64,000 bases of DNA from Verrucomicrobiota bacterium (GCA_046080425.1 JBJTTY010000100.1:4713-68712); one strand, 5' to 3'; counted from the first letter of the stretch, positions 52,538-62,678 are shown. Translations and numbers: made by a program. Notes: generated from the letters alone by a model not told the origin.

Positions 52538-55500
52538 ATGCTCCGCCCTTACAGCCTCCTCTTCCTTGCGGCCGCCGCGAACGCCGTGCCCGCCGGCTTC
52601 GCCATCCGCGACTACGTCGGCACCCCGCAGGAGCCCGAGCTCTACCCGACCGCCGTGTCGGCGTCCTACGACGGCGACCTGTACGTCTCTTCGGACAAGA
52701 ACGGCTCCCTCGGTCACATCAAGGACATGGGCCGCATCCTCGTGGCCAAGGACCGCAACCTGGACGGCGTCGTCGACGCCATGGTCGAATACGCCCGGGT
52801 CGACAGCCCCCGCGGCGGCCACATCGTCAACGGCTCCTTCTACCTGGTCCACCCGCCCTTCCTCAGCGTCCTCCGCGACAAGGACGGCGACGGCAAGGCC
52901 GAGGAGCGCAAGCTGCTGGTCGACGGCCTCGGCGGCGGCATCGAGCATCCCCGTGGCGCGGACCACACCACCAACGGCTGCCGCATGGGCATCGACGGCT
53001 GGCTCTACATCGCCGTGGGCGACTTCGGCGCCGGCCTCGTGCGCGACAACGACGGCGCCGTCGGCACCGGCGACGGCAAGCGCGTCACCCTCTACGGCGG
53101 CGGCATCATGCGCGTGCGTCCCGACGGCACCGAGCTCGAGGTCTACTCCGAGATGACGCGCAACAACTGCGACGTGGCGATCTCGCCGACCCTCGACCTC
53201 TTCACCCGCGACAACACCAACGACGGCAAGGGCTGGAACACCCGCTTCCACCACTTCACCTCGCTTTCCAACCACGGCTATCCCCGCCTTTACAAGAACT
53301 TCGCCGAGGAGGCCGCGCCGCCCCTCGCCGACTACGGCGGCGGTTCCGGCACCGGCGCGCTCTGGATCTCCGAGCCCGCCTTCCCCGCGCCCTTCAACGA
53401 GGCGCTGCTCACCTGCGACTGGACCACGGGCACCGTGCACCACCATCCCCTGCGCCGCTTCGAGGCCACCTTCGTCGCGCAGCAGGAGACCTTCGAGAAG
53501 CTCACCCGCGCCGTCGACGCCGACGTCGACGCCCGCGGCCGCCTGTATCTCGCCGACTGGCGTGACGGCAAGTTCAGCTACGCCGGCGAAGGCAAGCAGG
53601 TCGGCAAGATCCAGATCCTCACCGTCGAGGGCGGCAAGCCCGCGCCCTTCGTCGACGTCGCGAAGGCCGACGAGTCCGACCTGCCCGGCGTGCTCCGTTC
53701 CGCCAGCGCCGTCCTCCGCCTCGAGGCCTCACGGCGCATGGTCGACGCCGGCCTGACCAAGCTCGCTCCGGCCGTGCTCGCCGTCGCCGCCGACGGCTCC
53801 GCCCACCTCCATTCCCGCGTCGCCGCCATCTTCACCTACAAGCAGCTCCTCGGCGCCGCCGCCAACGCCTCGCTCGCGGGTCTGGCCAAGGACGTCGCCG
53901 TGCGCGAGTTCGTCCTGCGCGCGCTCGCCGACCGCACGACCCAGTTGGACGGCGTGCCCGCGCAGCTGTTTGTCGACGCCCTCAAGGACGCCGACCCCCG
54001 CGTCCGCCTCCAGGCGCTCGTCGGCCTGCAGCGCCTCGGCGCGAAGGACGTATCCGGCGCGATCCTCGAGGCCGCCTCATCCTGGCCTTCCGATGAGTCG
54101 AAGCTCGGGGTCGGCGAGCACCACCGCCTGCCGCACACCGCCGTGAACGCCCTCGTGCGTCTCGGTGACGCCAAGGCCTGCCTCGCGGCGGCCGCCAGCC
54201 CCGCCACCCGCGCGCTGGCCCTGCGCGCCCTGCAGGGCATGCACACCGAGGAGGCCGTCGCCGGTCTCGCCGCCCTTTCCCTTTCCGGCGACGACGCGCA
54301 GCGCGCGGGCGCCGTGGCCGCGCTCGCCCGACTCTACTTCACCGAGGAGCGCTGGAACTACAAGGACTGGTGGAGCACCCGTCCCGACGACCGCGGTCCT
54401 TACTTCAAGCCGACCGAGTGGGCCCACACCGCCAAGGTGCACGCCGCGCTCGAGGCCGCCTACGCCAAGCTGCCCGCCGCGCTCCGCATGGGCGCGCTGG
54501 ACCTGATGGCCAGGAACCGGATCCCGGTCGTGAGCCTCAAGCTCGAAGGCGTCGATCCCCTGCGCCTCGTCATGGCCTCCCTGGCGCTGCGTCCGGCCGA
54601 CGTCACCCTGCTCACCGAGGCCGCGCTGCAGGGATCCCGGCCGTGGAACGAGCGCGTCGACTGCTACCTTGCGCTGCTCAAGGCCGAGGGCGACGAGGGC
54701 CTGACCGCGCGCGTCAAGGTGCTGGCCGCCTGGTCCAAGGACGCGAAGGCGTCCAACGCCGCCCGGCAGGCCGTCGAGGACTTCATCAACGAGGCCGAGC
54801 GCGGCAACCAGGTGGACAAGCTCCGCTCCATGGCCAACCGCGCCGATGACGCCACCTCGACCCTCCTGTGGAAGTCGCTCTTCACCGTCCTACGCAGCCC
54901 GCTCTCCAAGGACCAGTGGAAGAAGAAGGTGCAGGACCACGTGAACAAGAACCCGCGCGACCTCGGCTTCTTCCACGCCGTGGCCGAGATGGGACTGACC
55001 GGATTCGACAAGCAGCTTCAGGCCGGCATGACCGGTGACAACGTCCTACAGATCAACGCCGCCAAGGCCGCCCTCGAGGCCTCGCGTCAGGCCGCCGCCC
55101 GCAAGGGCAAGCGCGTGGCGCAGCTGTCCGTGGCCGAAGTCTCGTCCGTCGCGCTCAAGGGACGGGGCGACGTGAAGCTGGGCCAGAAGCTTTTCACCCA
55201 GCAGGGCTGCATCGCCTGCCACAGCGTCGATCCCGCCGCGGAGCAGAAGGGGCCCTACCTCGGCGCCGCCGGCGCCAAGTTCGCGCGCGACTACCTCGTG
55301 GACTCCGTGCTCGAGCCGGGCAAGGTCGTCGCCCAGGGCTTCCAGACCGTCGTCTTCACCATGAAGGACGGGGCCGTGCACAACGGTTTCGTCACCGGCG
55401 AGGCCGACGGACGCGTCACCCTGCGCAACATCGCGGGACAGGTCACCCTCCTGAAGCGCGCCGACGTGAAGGATGAGAAGCACCTGCCGCAGTCGATGAT

Positions 55501-55588
55501 GCCGGCCGGCCTGGCCGCGGGCCTGACCGTCGAGGAATTCACCTCCCTGGTCGAGTACCTCGTGTCCCTGCGCGCCGTCGGAGGCTGA
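52538..55588 (+). CDS. Large secreted protein: N-terminal putative membrane-bound dehydrogenase (beta-propeller-like) domain, central HEAT repeats, C-terminal heme-binding cytochrome c domain (Pirellula/Verrucomicrobium type)
   Basis: 1016 aa. Signal peptide MLRPYSLLFLAAAANA, HEAT-like DADPRVRLQALVGLQRLG repeats, and CIACH heme motif at nt 55208-55222 followed by GPYLG. Confidence 0.85.
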   Translation: MLRPYSLLFLAAAANAVPAGFAIRDYVGTPQEPELYPTAVSASYDGDLYVSSDKNGSLGHIKDMGRILVAKDRNLDGVVDAMVEYARVDSPRGGHIVNGSFYLVHPPFLSVLRDKDGDGKAEERKLLVDGLGGGIEHPRGADHTTNGCRMGIDGWLYIAVGDFGAGLVRDNDGAVGTGDGKRVTLYGGGIMRVRPDGTELEVYSEMTRNNCDVAISPTLDLFTRDNTNDGKGWNTRFHHFTSLSNHGYPRLYKNFAEEAAPPLADYGGGSGTGALWISEPAFPAPFNEALLTCDWTTGTVHHHPLRRFEATFVAQQETFEKLTRAVDADVDARGRLYLADWRDGKFSYAGEGKQVGKIQILTVEGGKPAPFVDVAKADESDLPGVLRSASAVLRLEASRRMVDAGLTKLAPAVLAVAADGSAHLHSRVAAIFTYKQLLGAAANASLAGLAKDVAVREFVLRALADRTTQLDGVPAQLFVDALKDADPRVRLQALVGLQRLGAKDVSGAILEAASSWPSDESKLGVGEHHRLPHTAVNALVRLGDAKACLAAAASPATRALALRALQGMHTEEAVAGLAALSLSGDDAQRAGAVAALARLYFTEERWNYKDWWSTRPDDRGPYFKPTEWAHTAKVHAALEAAYAKLPAALRMGALDLMARNRIPVVSLKLEGVDPLRLVMASLALRPADVTLLTEAALQGSRPWNERVDCYLALLKAEGDEGLTARVKVLAAWSKDAKASNAARQAVEDFINEAERGNQVDKLRSMANRADDATSTLLWKSLFTVLRSPLSKDQWKKKVQDHVNKNPRDLGFFHAVAEMGLTGFDKQLQAGMTGDNVLQINAAKAALEASRQAAARKGKRVAQLSVAEVSSVALKGRGDVKLGQKLFTQQGCIACHSVDPAAEQKGPYLGAAGAKFARDYLVDSVLEPGKVVAQGFQTVVFTMKDGAVHNGFVTGEADGRVTLRNIAGQVTLLKRADVKDEKHLPQSMMPAGLAAGLTVEEFTSLVEYLVSLRAVGG

Positions 55589-55611
55589 ACCCGGGCCGAC
55601 CCCGACCTGCG

Positions 55612-55637
55612 AAGGGCGCCGCAAGGCGCCCTTTTTT
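55612..55637 (+). terminator. Rho-independent terminator after the dehydrogenase-HEAT-cytochrome c gene
   Basis: AAGGGCGCC-GCAA-GGCGCCCTT followed by TTTT. It starts 24 nt after the stop. Confidence 0.8.
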
Positions 55638-55647
55638 GCGCCCCAGT

Positions 55648-55674
55648 CCTGTCCCCGTCCCTGCCCCTGCCCCT
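55648..55674 (+). repeat. C-rich copy of the recurrent G-tract element, upstream of metK
   Basis: CCTGTCCCCGTCCCTGCCCCTGCCCCT. Its reverse complement contains GGGGCAGGGGCAGGGACGGGG. It is followed by ATTTTAAAAC. Confidence 0.8.
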
Positions 55675-55737
55675 ATTTTAAAACGCATCTACTCATCCTG
55701 ATACGATGATGGATGCTTGCTTTTCAGGCTTTTCCCT

Positions 55738-55757
55738 CCATGGTGCTTTCACCATGG
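55738..55757 (+). promoter_or_regulatory. Perfect 8-4-8 inverted repeat covering the metK start codon
   Basis: CCATGGTG-CTTT-CACCATGG. The 3' arm contains the ATG at 55754-55756. Confidence 0.6.
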
Positions 55758-56935
55758 CGAAGTCCTCCTCCTTCATCTTCTCCTCCGAATCCGTGGGCGA
55801 GGGCCATCCCGACAAGGTGGCCGACAGCATCTCGGATTCCGTCCTCGACGCCTGCTTCGCGCAGGACCGCTTCTCGCGCGTCGCGTGCGAGACCCTGGTC
55901 AAGAGCGACCACGTCGTGATCGCCGGCGAGCTGACCACCAAGGCCCGCGTGAACTTCGAGCAGGTCGTCCGGGCCGCCATCCGCGAGATCGGCTACGTCA
56001 ACGACGACGACGTCTTCCACGCCGACAAGGTCTTCATCACCAACCTCCTCACCCAGCAGTCGCCCGACATCGCCCAGGGCGTCGACGAGCGCAAGGCCGA
56101 GGGGAAGAAGCACGCCAAGATGGGCGCCGGCGACCAGGGCATCATGTTCGGCTACGCCTCCGAGGAGACCCCGGAGCTCATGCCCGCCCCGGTGATGTTC
56201 GCCCACCGTCTCAACCGCGCCCTGGCCCGCATCCGCAAGTCCGGCGCCCGCGGCACCGAGTGGCTGCGTCCCGACTGCAAGTCGCAGGTCGCCGTGCGTT
56301 ATGAGGACGGCCGTCCCGTCGCCATCGAGAACGTCGTCATCTCCACCCAGCACACCGCCGACGTCTCGCACCGCCAGATCGAGAAGTTCTGCGTCGAGCA
56401 GGTCGTCCGCAAGGTCCTGCCCGCCTCGCTCCTCTCCCGTCGCACCGAGTTCCTGATCAACCCCACCGGCCGTTTCGTCGTCGGCGGGCCCCAGGGCGAC
56501 TGCGGCCTCACCGGCCGCAAGATCATCGTCGACTCCTACGGCGGCATGGGCCGTCACGGCGGAGGTGCCTTCTCGGGCAAGGACCCGACGAAGGTCGACC
56601 GCTCCGCGGCCTACATGGCCCGCTGGGTCGCCAAGCACATCGTCGCCGCCGGCGCCGCCGAGCGCGTCGAGATCCAGGCCGCCTACGCCATCGGCCATCC
56701 TGAGCCGACCAGCCTGCACGTCGACACCTTCGGCACCGGCAAGGTCTCCGACGAGCGCATCCTCCGCGCCGTGAAGAAGGTCTTCCTTTTCAATCCGGCC
56801 GAGATCATCCGCCAGCTCGACCTGCGCCGTCCGATCTATCGCGCCAGCACCCATTACGGCCACTTCGGCAAGAAGGGCCTGCCCTGGGAGACCACCTCCC
56901 GCCTGGCCGCCTTCCGCAAGGCCCTCGGCGCCTGA
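55754..56935 (+). CDS. metK: S-adenosylmethionine synthetase
   Basis: ATG at 55754 gives 393 aa starting [30 protein letters not shown] and GGGAFSGKD blocks. Confidence 0.95.
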   Translation: MAKSSSFIFSSESVGEGHPDKVADSISDSVLDACFAQDRFSRVACETLVKSDHVVIAGELTTKARVNFEQVVRAAIREIGYVNDDDVFHADKVFITNLLTQQSPDIAQGVDERKAEGKKHAKMGAGDQGIMFGYASEETPELMPAPVMFAHRLNRALARIRKSGARGTEWLRPDCKSQVAVRYEDGRPVAIENVVISTQHTADVSHRQIEKFCVEQVVRKVLPASLLSRRTEFLINPTGRFVVGGPQGDCGLTGRKIIVDSYGGMGRHGGGAFSGKDPTKVDRSAAYMARWVAKHIVAAGAAERVEIQAAYAIGHPEPTSLHVDTFGTGKVSDERILRAVKKVFLFNPAEIIRQLDLRRPIYRASTHYGHFGKKGLPWETTSRLAAFRKALGA

Positions 56936-56949
56936 CCTTCACAACCACC

Positions 56950-58365
<1,416 letters not shown>

Positions 58366-58387
58366 GCGGGACGTCAGCCGTCACCGA

Positions 58388-58415
58388 GGGGCCGCGCGAG
58401 CGGCCCCTTCTGTTT
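58388..58415 (+). terminator. Probable intrinsic terminator after ahcY
   Basis: GGGGCCGC-GCGA-GCGGCCCC followed by TTCTGTTT. It lies in the 53-nt convergent spacer. Confidence 0.6.
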
Positions 58416-58418
58416 GGG

Positions 58419-59516
58419 TCACTTGCCCGCGGGGCGTTGGGCGCGATACCAACGCAGGGCCTCGAGCTCGCCTTTCGACGACGCGATCTCGACGTAGGTC
58501 TCGAGGCTCTCGCGGCTCATGTTCAACAGGCCGGCGTCGTCCTTGGTCAGGTCCCTGATTTCGTTGAGCGAGGTCTGGAGGGACACGAGGCGTTCGCCGG
58601 CGGTCTGGCCCGAGGGGTCGATGACGGTCAGGGGGTCGAGCTGTTCGACGAAGGAGCGCTCGAGGCTGATGCCGGTGAGCTGGTGGATGAGCATCTGGTC
58701 CTCGCCCTGCAGCCGCTGGCCCAGCGCGCGACCGGCCTCGAAGGTCGGCGCCGCGGCGTCGATGTCGCCCTGCGTGATGAAGACGTTGAGCAGGTCGCCG
58801 GCGCCGCGGCCCACCGCGGCCAGGTTCTGGACGGCCATGGCGTCCATCGCGCCGAAGGCGGCCAGCTTGGCGGCCAGCGGCTCGTAGCCGGCCTGCGTGA
58901 AGGCCTCTTCCGCGCCGGCCATGGCGTCCTTGCCGTAGTCGGCGAGCGGCCCCTTCTCAATCGAGTCGAAGAGCGCGGCGGCTGCCCGGCCGTAGTCTCC
59001 GGCGGCGAGGTCGCGCTGGGCGGCGAGGTAGTCGCCGATCGGGTTGTCGGGCTTGAGCTGGCGGAAGACCTCGAGCGCGGAGGATCGTTCGTCAGGCGTC
59101 TCGCCGCGGAGCGCCAGTTCCAGCTGCGCCGCGGGATCGGTGCCGTCGGCGTTCACGGCTTCGCGCAGGTAGGCGAGGTCCTTCGTCAGACGGAACGCGC
59201 AGATGAGGCTGGCCGTGGAGCGGTCCTTCGACTCGAGGTAGGCCTCGACCTGTTCGCGGCTGAGCTGCGGCAGCTTGCCGTTGCGGATGTCTTCCAGCAC
59301 GCGTTCGTAACCGACCGCCGAGGCGTTGCGCGCGGGTGCGTTGAGGTCGGCCGCTGAGCGTGCGGGCACGTCGCCCCGGGGCAGGGCGACCTCGCGGGCC
59401 GGCGACCACGGGCCGGGGATCTCGAACTTGCGTCCGAAGATCGCCCAGACCAGGGCGGCCCCGGCGACCACGCCGAGCAGGAAGCGGCTGCCGCCCGGTG
59501 ACGGCTCCTCGTCCAT
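58419..59516 (-). CDS. Hypothetical membrane-anchored protein (N-terminal TM, helical-repeat ectodomain)
   Basis: 365-aa ORF with TM segment FLLGVVAGAALVWAIF. Lies 4 nt downstream of the oxidoreductase gene. No family recognised. Confidence 0.65.
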   Translation of the reverse strand: MDEEPSPGGSRFLLGVVAGAALVWAIFGRKFEIPGPWSPAREVALPRGDVPARSAADLNAPARNASAVGYERVLEDIRNGKLPQLSREQVEAYLESKDRSTASLICAFRLTKDLAYLREAVNADGTDPAAQLELALRGETPDERSSALEVFRQLKPDNPIGDYLAAQRDLAAGDYGRAAAALFDSIEKGPLADYGKDAMAGAEEAFTQAGYEPLAAKLAAFGAMDAMAVQNLAAVGRGAGDLLNVFITQGDIDAAAPTFEAGRALGQRLQGEDQMLIHQLTGISLERSFVEQLDPLTVIDPSGQTAGERLVSLQTSLNEIRDLTKDDAGLLNMSRESLETYVEIASSKGELEALRWYRAQRPAGK

Positions 59517-59520
59517 CCGG

Positions 59521-60810
59521 TCAGACCTTCTCGAGCGACCAGGGCTTGCGCAGCTCGCGGGAGAGCATGGCGGTCGCGCCCGTGTCGTTGATGAACTTGC
59601 CCGCGGCGCCGTCGAACTTCAGCTTGCGGCCGGTGAACACCGCGGCGTTGCCCAGGTGGCCGACGGCCGTGGTGTGGTGCGCGGCGAGCGCGTGGGCCAC
59701 CGGGCGGCGCCGGCTGCGGACGCAGTCGACGAACTCCTGGTGATGGTCGGTCGTGCCGGGGCAGCGCCAGGCGTCCGGCCCCAGGTCCTTGTTCCAGAGC
59801 CCCTCGACGGAGCAGGTCTGCTTGCCGCGGTTGACGTAGATCTCGCCCTTCTCCCCGTGGAAGCGCACGCCCATGAACTTGCTGCTGATGTTGACCGCGA
59901 GTCCGTCGGCGTAGGTCACCGTGTAGTCGTAGTCGCGGTGCGTGTCCCAGGGGCCTTCGCGCAGCGTGCCCGTGCCTTCGACGGCGACCGGGAATTCAGC
60001 GTCCTTGCCCATGGCCCAGAGGGCGATGTCGGGGTGGTGGCAGACCCAGTCGAGCAGCTGGCCGCCGCCGAAGTTGGTGTGCCAGCGCCAGTGGAAGTGG
60101 AAGACGCGCGGATCGTAGGCGAACTCGGCCGAGGGGCCGACCCAGAGGTCGTAGTCCACTTCCGCCGGAGGCTTCTCGCCGGCCTTCGGCGCCTCGGGCA
60201 TCTGGTGTCCGTTGGGCCCCGTGCCGACCTCGACCTTGTGGATCTTGCCGATGGTGCCGTTGCGCACGAGCTCGATGGCGCGGCGGAAGTTGCCCGTGGA
60301 GCGCTGCCACATGCCCGTCTGCCAGACGCGGCCGTTGTCGCGGGCGGCCTCCACGATGGCGCGGCCTTCGGCGAAGGTCTTGGCGAGCGGCTTCTCGCCG
60401 TAGACGTCGACGCCGGCGCGCAGGAACGCGCAGCTGATCACGCCGTGCCAGTGGTCGGGCAGGCCGTGCATCATCGCGTCGGGCTTTTCCTTCTCGAGCA
60501 CCTCGCGGAAGTCTTGGTAGACGTTGGGCGCGGACTTCTGCTTGGTCACGACGGACTTGGAAGCGGAGTCGAGCACGCGGCGGTCGACGTCGCAGAGGGC
60601 GATGACCTGCACGCCCTGTACGGTCATCAGCTTGCGGAGGTTGCCGCTGCCCATGCCCTTGAGGCCGATGCCCACGAGCTGGACGCGGTTGCTGGGCGCC
60701 ACGGCGCCGTCCTTGCCCAGCGCGGAAGCGGGGATGATGGACGGGAAGCTGAGGGCGGCTCCGGCCAGGGCGGAGTTTTTCAGGAAGGAGCGACGGGAGG
60801 ACTTGTTCAT
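59521..60810 (-). CDS. Gfo/Idh/MocA family oxidoreductase with twin-arginine (TAT) signal, ThuB-like
   Basis: ATG at 60810 gives 429 aa starting MNKSSRRSFLKNSALAGAALSF (S-R-R-x-F-L-K TAT motif). Rossmann VGIGLKGMG and EKP motif (YGEKPLAK). Confidence 0.85.
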   Translation of the reverse strand: MNKSSRRSFLKNSALAGAALSFPSIIPASALGKDGAVAPSNRVQLVGIGLKGMGSGNLRKLMTVQGVQVIALCDVDRRVLDSASKSVVTKQKSAPNVYQDFREVLEKEKPDAMMHGLPDHWHGVISCAFLRAGVDVYGEKPLAKTFAEGRAIVEAARDNGRVWQTGMWQRSTGNFRRAIELVRNGTIGKIHKVEVGTGPNGHQMPEAPKAGEKPPAEVDYDLWVGPSAEFAYDPRVFHFHWRWHTNFGGGQLLDWVCHHPDIALWAMGKDAEFPVAVEGTGTLREGPWDTHRDYDYTVTYADGLAVNISSKFMGVRFHGEKGEIYVNRGKQTCSVEGLWNKDLGPDAWRCPGTTDHHQEFVDCVRSRRRPVAHALAAHHTTAVGHLGNAAVFTGRKLKFDGAAGKFINDTGATAMLSRELRKPWSLEKV

Positions 60811-60858
60811 GGGGAGGGGTGGGTTCTTGAGTAAGGGTTCAGGCCGAGGGTGGCAACA

Positions 60859-60893
60859 GGGATGAGGGGATGGAGGATGGGGGATGGGGAATG
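60859..60893. repeat. Five imperfect GGGGATG heptamers (CATCCCC on the sense strand of the downstream gene)
   Basis: GGGATGA GGGGATG GAGGATG GGGGATG GGGAATG, read directly from the + strand. Confidence 0.8.
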
Positions 60894-60898
60894 ATTTA

Positions 60899-60940
60899 GG
60901 GGCAGGGACAGGGGTAGGGGCAGGGACAGGGGCAGGGGCG
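60899..60940. repeat. 18-nt tandem G-tract repeat, 2.3 copies
   Basis: GGGGCAGGGACAGGGGTA GGGGCAGGGACAGGGGCA GGGGCG on the + strand, in the ThuA / oxidoreductase spacer. Confidence 0.9.
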
Positions 60941-60979
60941 TGCCTTGGCCGTGGGGCCTTCGCGTTTGCCGCAGGTGGC

Positions 60980-61750
60980 TTACTTGCGGATGACCCAGCG
61001 GATGCCGCCGAGGAGGTGACGGACGAAGAGGTCTTCGGAGAAGGACTCCTTGGTGTGGCCGCCGGCGGTGTAGAACATGCGACCTTGGCCGACTTCCTTG
61101 CACCAGGCCATGGGATGATGGGACCCCATGGCGGACTTGCCGGCGTCGTAGGACGTCTCATCGATGGTCAGCAGGATCTCGATGTCACGCTGCATGGGCT
61201 TGCGGAAGTTGTACCACTCGTCGCGTCGCTTCCAGTTGCGCGGCAGGTGCACGGTCGAAGGGTGGTCGGTGACGGCCGGGCGCAGCACGGCCTCCTGGAT
61301 GGCGGGATGGCCGTTGAAATAGCCCCCGATCATCTTCCCGTACCACGGCCACTTGTATTCGGTGTCGGAGGCGGCATGCACCCCGACGAATCCGCCGCCG
61401 GCTTCCATCCACTGCTCGAAGGCCTTGCGTCGCGCGGCGCCTTCCTTCTCGGCCGCAGCCTTGACCTCGGGCGCGGCGTCTTTGGCCACGGAGGGAGGCA
61501 TGATGTCTCCGGTCGTGCTCATGAAGGCCACGACGCGGTAGCGGGCCAGATTCTGGGAAGTGAAGACCGCCGAGTCCTCGGAGAGGTCGACCTGCAGTCC
61601 GAGGGATTCGAACTGCTTCTTGAGGAGCTCGTTGCCGACCGGGATGGAGTCCTTGTGACGGAAGCCCGCGGTCTTGGAGAAGACCAGCGCACGGTCGGGT
61701 TCGGCGGCGAAGGTGACAGCGGCGATGAGCAGGGCGAGCAGGGAGCGCAT
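60980..61750 (-). CDS. ThuA domain-containing protein (trehalose-utilisation ThuA-like) with signal peptide
   Basis: 256 aa. MRSLLALLIAAVTFAAEP signal. ALVFSKTAGFRHKDSIP and HPMAWCKEVGQGRMFYTAGGH blocks are typical of ThuA. Confidence 0.85.
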   Translation of the reverse strand: MRSLLALLIAAVTFAAEPDRALVFSKTAGFRHKDSIPVGNELLKKQFESLGLQVDLSEDSAVFTSQNLARYRVVAFMSTTGDIMPPSVAKDAAPEVKAAAEKEGAARRKAFEQWMEAGGGFVGVHAASDTEYKWPWYGKMIGGYFNGHPAIQEAVLRPAVTDHPSTVHLPRNWKRRDEWYNFRKPMQRDIEILLTIDETSYDAGKSAMGSHHPMAWCKEVGQGRMFYTAGGHTKESFSEDLFVRHLLGGIRWVIRK

Positions 61751-61763
61751 GGGGATTGGAATA

Positions 61764-61784
61764 GGGGCAGGGACAGGGGCAGGG
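61764..61784. repeat. Single copy of the G-tract element in the HEAT / ThuA spacer
   Basis: GGGGCAGGGACAGGGGCAGGG is identical over 21 nt to 60917-60937. It sits in the 40-nt gap between the stop at 61791 and the start at 61750. Confidence 0.9.
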
Positions 61785-61790
61785 CTGAGG

Positions 61791-62567
61791 TTACTTCGCC
61801 GCTTCGAGCTTCTTGATGAGTCGTCCGAGGGCGGCCTTGGTCGCCTCGTTGCTCACGGACTGCTCGGACTTGCGCAGGGCGGACAGGTCGGCGGCGGTGG
61901 CGAGACGGAGCAGGCCCTTCTGGCTTTCCATGCGCATGTCCTCCTCGGCGACCGTCTCGCAGAGGGCCGCGGCCACCGCTCGGTTGTTGCGCGTCACGGA
62001 GGCGCGGATGAGCGCGGTCCGCGAGACGGCGGGCAGGCCCTTGTCCTTGATGCCCGCGATGAAGGCGTCGGTCACGCCGGGGCCCGCGGTCTTGCCGAGG
62101 GCTTCCGTGACGGTTTCCGCGAGCGCTTCATCCTTGGCGAGTGCGGCGAGGAGCGGCACGGCGCGCGCACCGCCGATCTCGGCGAGCGCCAGGGCGGCGT
62201 CGACGCGCACGGGTGAGTCGGCTTTGCCGGCGAGCGCGGCGACGGCGTCGGCCGCCGAAGTGACCTTGGCTTCCGCGAGGGCGGCCAGGAGCAGGCGCGC
62301 GGTGTCGGCGTCGGTTTCGGCGAGCAGGCCGGCCGCGGCCTTTGCCAGCGGGCCGGAGGGCTCATCGAGCAGGCGTTCGCGCAGCGCGTCGACCGCGGCG
62401 CGTCGCACCTCCGGTGCGGAGGCCTTGTCGCGCAGCGCGTCGACGGGCGCGGCCTTGCCGGAGCGGAACTCCTTCAGCGCGGCGGCGTACTTGGCGTGAT
62501 CCTGCCGTACGGGCTCGGCGGTGAGCGAGGCGGCCAGGGCGAGGAGGAGCAGGGCGGGGCGGAGCAT
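61791..62567 (-). CDS. HEAT repeat-containing secreted protein
   Basis: ATG at 62567 gives 258 aa starting MLRPALLLLALAASLTAEP. Repeated A-x-x-AL..L...A helical pairs (VRRAAVDALRE, VRVDAALALAEIG). Confidence 0.7.
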   Translation of the reverse strand: MLRPALLLLALAASLTAEPVRQDHAKYAAALKEFRSGKAAPVDALRDKASAPEVRRAAVDALRERLLDEPSGPLAKAAAGLLAETDADTARLLLAALAEAKVTSAADAVAALAGKADSPVRVDAALALAEIGGARAVPLLAALAKDEALAETVTEALGKTAGPGVTDAFIAGIKDKGLPAVSRTALIRASVTRNNRAVAAALCETVAEEDMRMESQKGLLRLATAADLSALRKSEQSVSNEATKAALGRLIKKLEAAK

Positions 62568-62678
62568 GGTAGGGGCGTATGCCGAAGGTGACGCGGTCGG
62601 CCCTTCTTTCAATCCCGCACCCTTTCCCGTCCGCACTTTTACCCTTTCGCCGCCGCCGGGGGCGGGCAGGATGAAGGC

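Noticed and set aside
60899-60940. Possible CRISPR-like or minisatellite array
   Set aside because: The units are 18 nt and directly abutting, with no spacers. There are only 2.3 copies and no cas genes in the window. It is treated as a tandem G-tract repeat instead.
60811-61161. Pro-rich N-terminal extension (PAPVPAPTPVPAPKSFPIPHPPSPHP...) of the 546-aa track ORF for the TAT-oxidoreductase
   Set aside because: A twin-arginine signal must be N-terminal, and MNKSSRRSFLK at 60810 fits that. The extension is simply the C-rich repeat spacer read in frame, and it overlaps the ThuA 3' end.
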